A stretch of DNA of 64,000 nucleotides from Trichosphaerium sp. ATCC 40318 (Eukaryota > Protista > Tubulinea), in contig JALMLS010000299.1 in NCBI GenBank assembly GCA_038496445.1, positions 62,001-126,000 on the forward strand, written 5' to 3'. The notes under the pieces are model-generated. The model made no database searches and was not told where the DNA came from. It was given only the letters and a program-made list of their open reading frames with translations. Of this stretch, positions 62,256 through 64,000 are shown in pieces (the first letter of the stretch is position 1; each line of letters begins with the position of its first letter). Both the position numbers and the translations under genes were made by a program.

Positions 62256-63835
62256 TTAGTAACGTTGTTGGTAATTACCCTAGAGTACTCAAGTGTTAAC
62301 AACCAGCTAATGTCATAAACTGTTTTATTATGCTTGACGTACGTATTGTTGTTGTTGATAACCTCCAGGTTGTCCTTGCTGAGGAGGCGGTTGACCTTGA
62401 CCGTATCCATAAGGTTGCATTTGTCCTTGTTGTTGAGGAGGTTGACCTTATCAAATCAGTCAGAACTTCTTAATTTTAAATCAATGTCTTACCGTAACCT
62501 TGTTGCGGAGGATATTGCTGCCTGTTTGTGTTCGCAACATTCGCTACAGAAAAGAGTGAACCAAAGCTACTTTGCACACCAACACGTTTTTTTTTTCCTT
62601 ATCATACCTTGATAACCTTGTGTATTTAACTGTCCTGCATTATACTGCTGTGGCGGTTGTTGGTAGCCTCCTAGAAAAGAATTCTTTAAGAAAATCAAGC
62701 TTCCGTTAGTTCAGTTTTACTTACCTTGTGGTGGTCCGTTGTATCCCTGTTGTGGTGGTCTATTATAACCTTGTTGAGGGCTTCTATATCCCCCCGGTGG
62801 GCCTTGGTTGAAACCACCCTGTTGTGGCGGTGGTCTAAAGTTTCCTTGTCCTGGTGGAGGCCCTTGGTGTTGACCTGGAGGAGGTCGGTAGTTTTGTTGA
62901 CCTGGTGGAGGACCTTGGTGTTGACGTTGGCCGGGAGGAGGTCCAAAATTACCTCCATGCCCTTGAGGAGGTCCAAAGTTTCCTTGGCCTAGAGGTGGGC
63001 CAAAATTGCCTTGTTGTCGTTGAGGTGGGAAGCTACCTTGACGATTTGGTGCTTGATAATTTTGGCCAGGAGGTTGGCGTTGACCAGGTGGCCCTTGTCC
63101 TGGAGGTGCTCCTTGATGTTGATGACCTGGTGGAGGCCCTTGGTGTTGGCCGGGAGGAGGTCGGAAATTTTGGTGGCCTGGCGGAGGTCCTTGTCCTGGC
63201 GGAGGTCTTTGTCCTGGCGGAGGTCCTTGGAGTTGGCGTTGACCAGGTGGTCCTTGTCCCGGCGGAGGTCCTTGCCGGTGGCCAGGTGGTGGCTGGGAGC
63301 CTTGTGGAGGTGGTCTAAAGTTTTGCTGGTTTGGAGGTGGTCCATTATCTGTGTAATGCGTAAGATTTAAAAAAAGTGTATAAATGGTTAGCTTACTTTG
63401 TTGTGGTGGTTGATAACCAGGCGGATAACCTTCTGGCACATTTGATGCACCTTTAGGTGGATTTTGTCCAGGAGGAGGTGCATTACCCTGTCCTGGTGGA
63501 GGTTCTTGTCCTGGCGGATGTCCTTGTCCTGGCGGAGGTCCTTGACCTTGTGGAGGAGCGCCTTGTGGTGGTTCTTGTCCTTGAGGATTATTCTGTTTTG
63601 GAGGTTCTTGACCTTTCGGAGGTGGGTTACCACCGCTTGGAGGCTTTCCTTCTAGTTGTTTTTGTGGTGCTGCCTTACCAGGCTCACGTCCTCCCTTCTT
63701 TGGTGCTGATTTCTGTGGACCACGTTGCGCAGGACGTTGTGCAGGACGTTGTGAAGGACGGCTTGATTGTTTCTTTGATGCTGCGGATCTTTTTGGTGGA
63801 TTCTTTGTTTTCATATCTTCTGGTGTTATATCCAC
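62256..63835 (-). CDS. 3' part of a Pro/Gly/Gln-rich low-complexity protein (continues upstream)
   Basis: QGPPPGQ / NFRPPP repeats over several exons; acceptor TTTTATAG at ~63835 indicates further upstream exons. Confidence 0.75.
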
Positions 63836-64000
63836 TATAAAACGGCGTTAATCATTCACCACATACGCAGTGTTATGTGAACGAACCTGCTTCGCTATCT
63901 GGAACGTAAGTTTTCGGATCTGTGCCGAAATTTAGAGCCTAAACTTTTTGTTTAATGTACAATGTCGAGAAACACTATTGCGCACTGTCATTTCTATCGT

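Noticed and set aside
62695-63840. Multiple overlapping ORFs in the PGQ-rich gene
   Set aside because: Low-complexity codon artefacts.
1-64000. Fragmented ORFs suggesting pseudogenes or a non-standard genetic code
   Set aside because: Fragmentation is explained by short introns; conserved motifs rejoin in frame and the 1696-aa ORF is open in the standard code.

Overview
AT-rich, gene-dense eukaryotic (protist-like) DNA with many short spliceosomal introns (mostly ~40-60 nt, GT-AG plus several GC-AG), standard genetic code. About 22 host genes can be reconstructed across exons, including HAL, PIG-S, a PKD2-type channel, KRI1, N6AMT1, a STE20 kinase, COQ3 and an ADCY10-like cyclase. Several are bacterial-type genes that now carry introns (tail-collar/MdpB-like, YbhB/PEBP, a cupin). 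The standout is a full-length ~9.4 kb non-LTR retrotransposon (19331-28776, minus strand) bounded by a CTGGTTT(G) target-site duplication and an (AATAC)3 tail, with an intact APE-RT-RNase H-CCHC ORF2. Unusually it appears to keep spliceosomal introns in its RRM-like ORF1 and in an extra ORF3 (T5orf172/GIY-YIG-like). Its unspliced RNA holds one stop-free ~1040-codon frame running through the leader, the introns and the spacer and ending on top of the ORF2 AUG, suggesting a splicing switch between ORF1 and ORF2 expression. Exon boundaries were read by eye, no database searches were run, and some gene starts are approximate.
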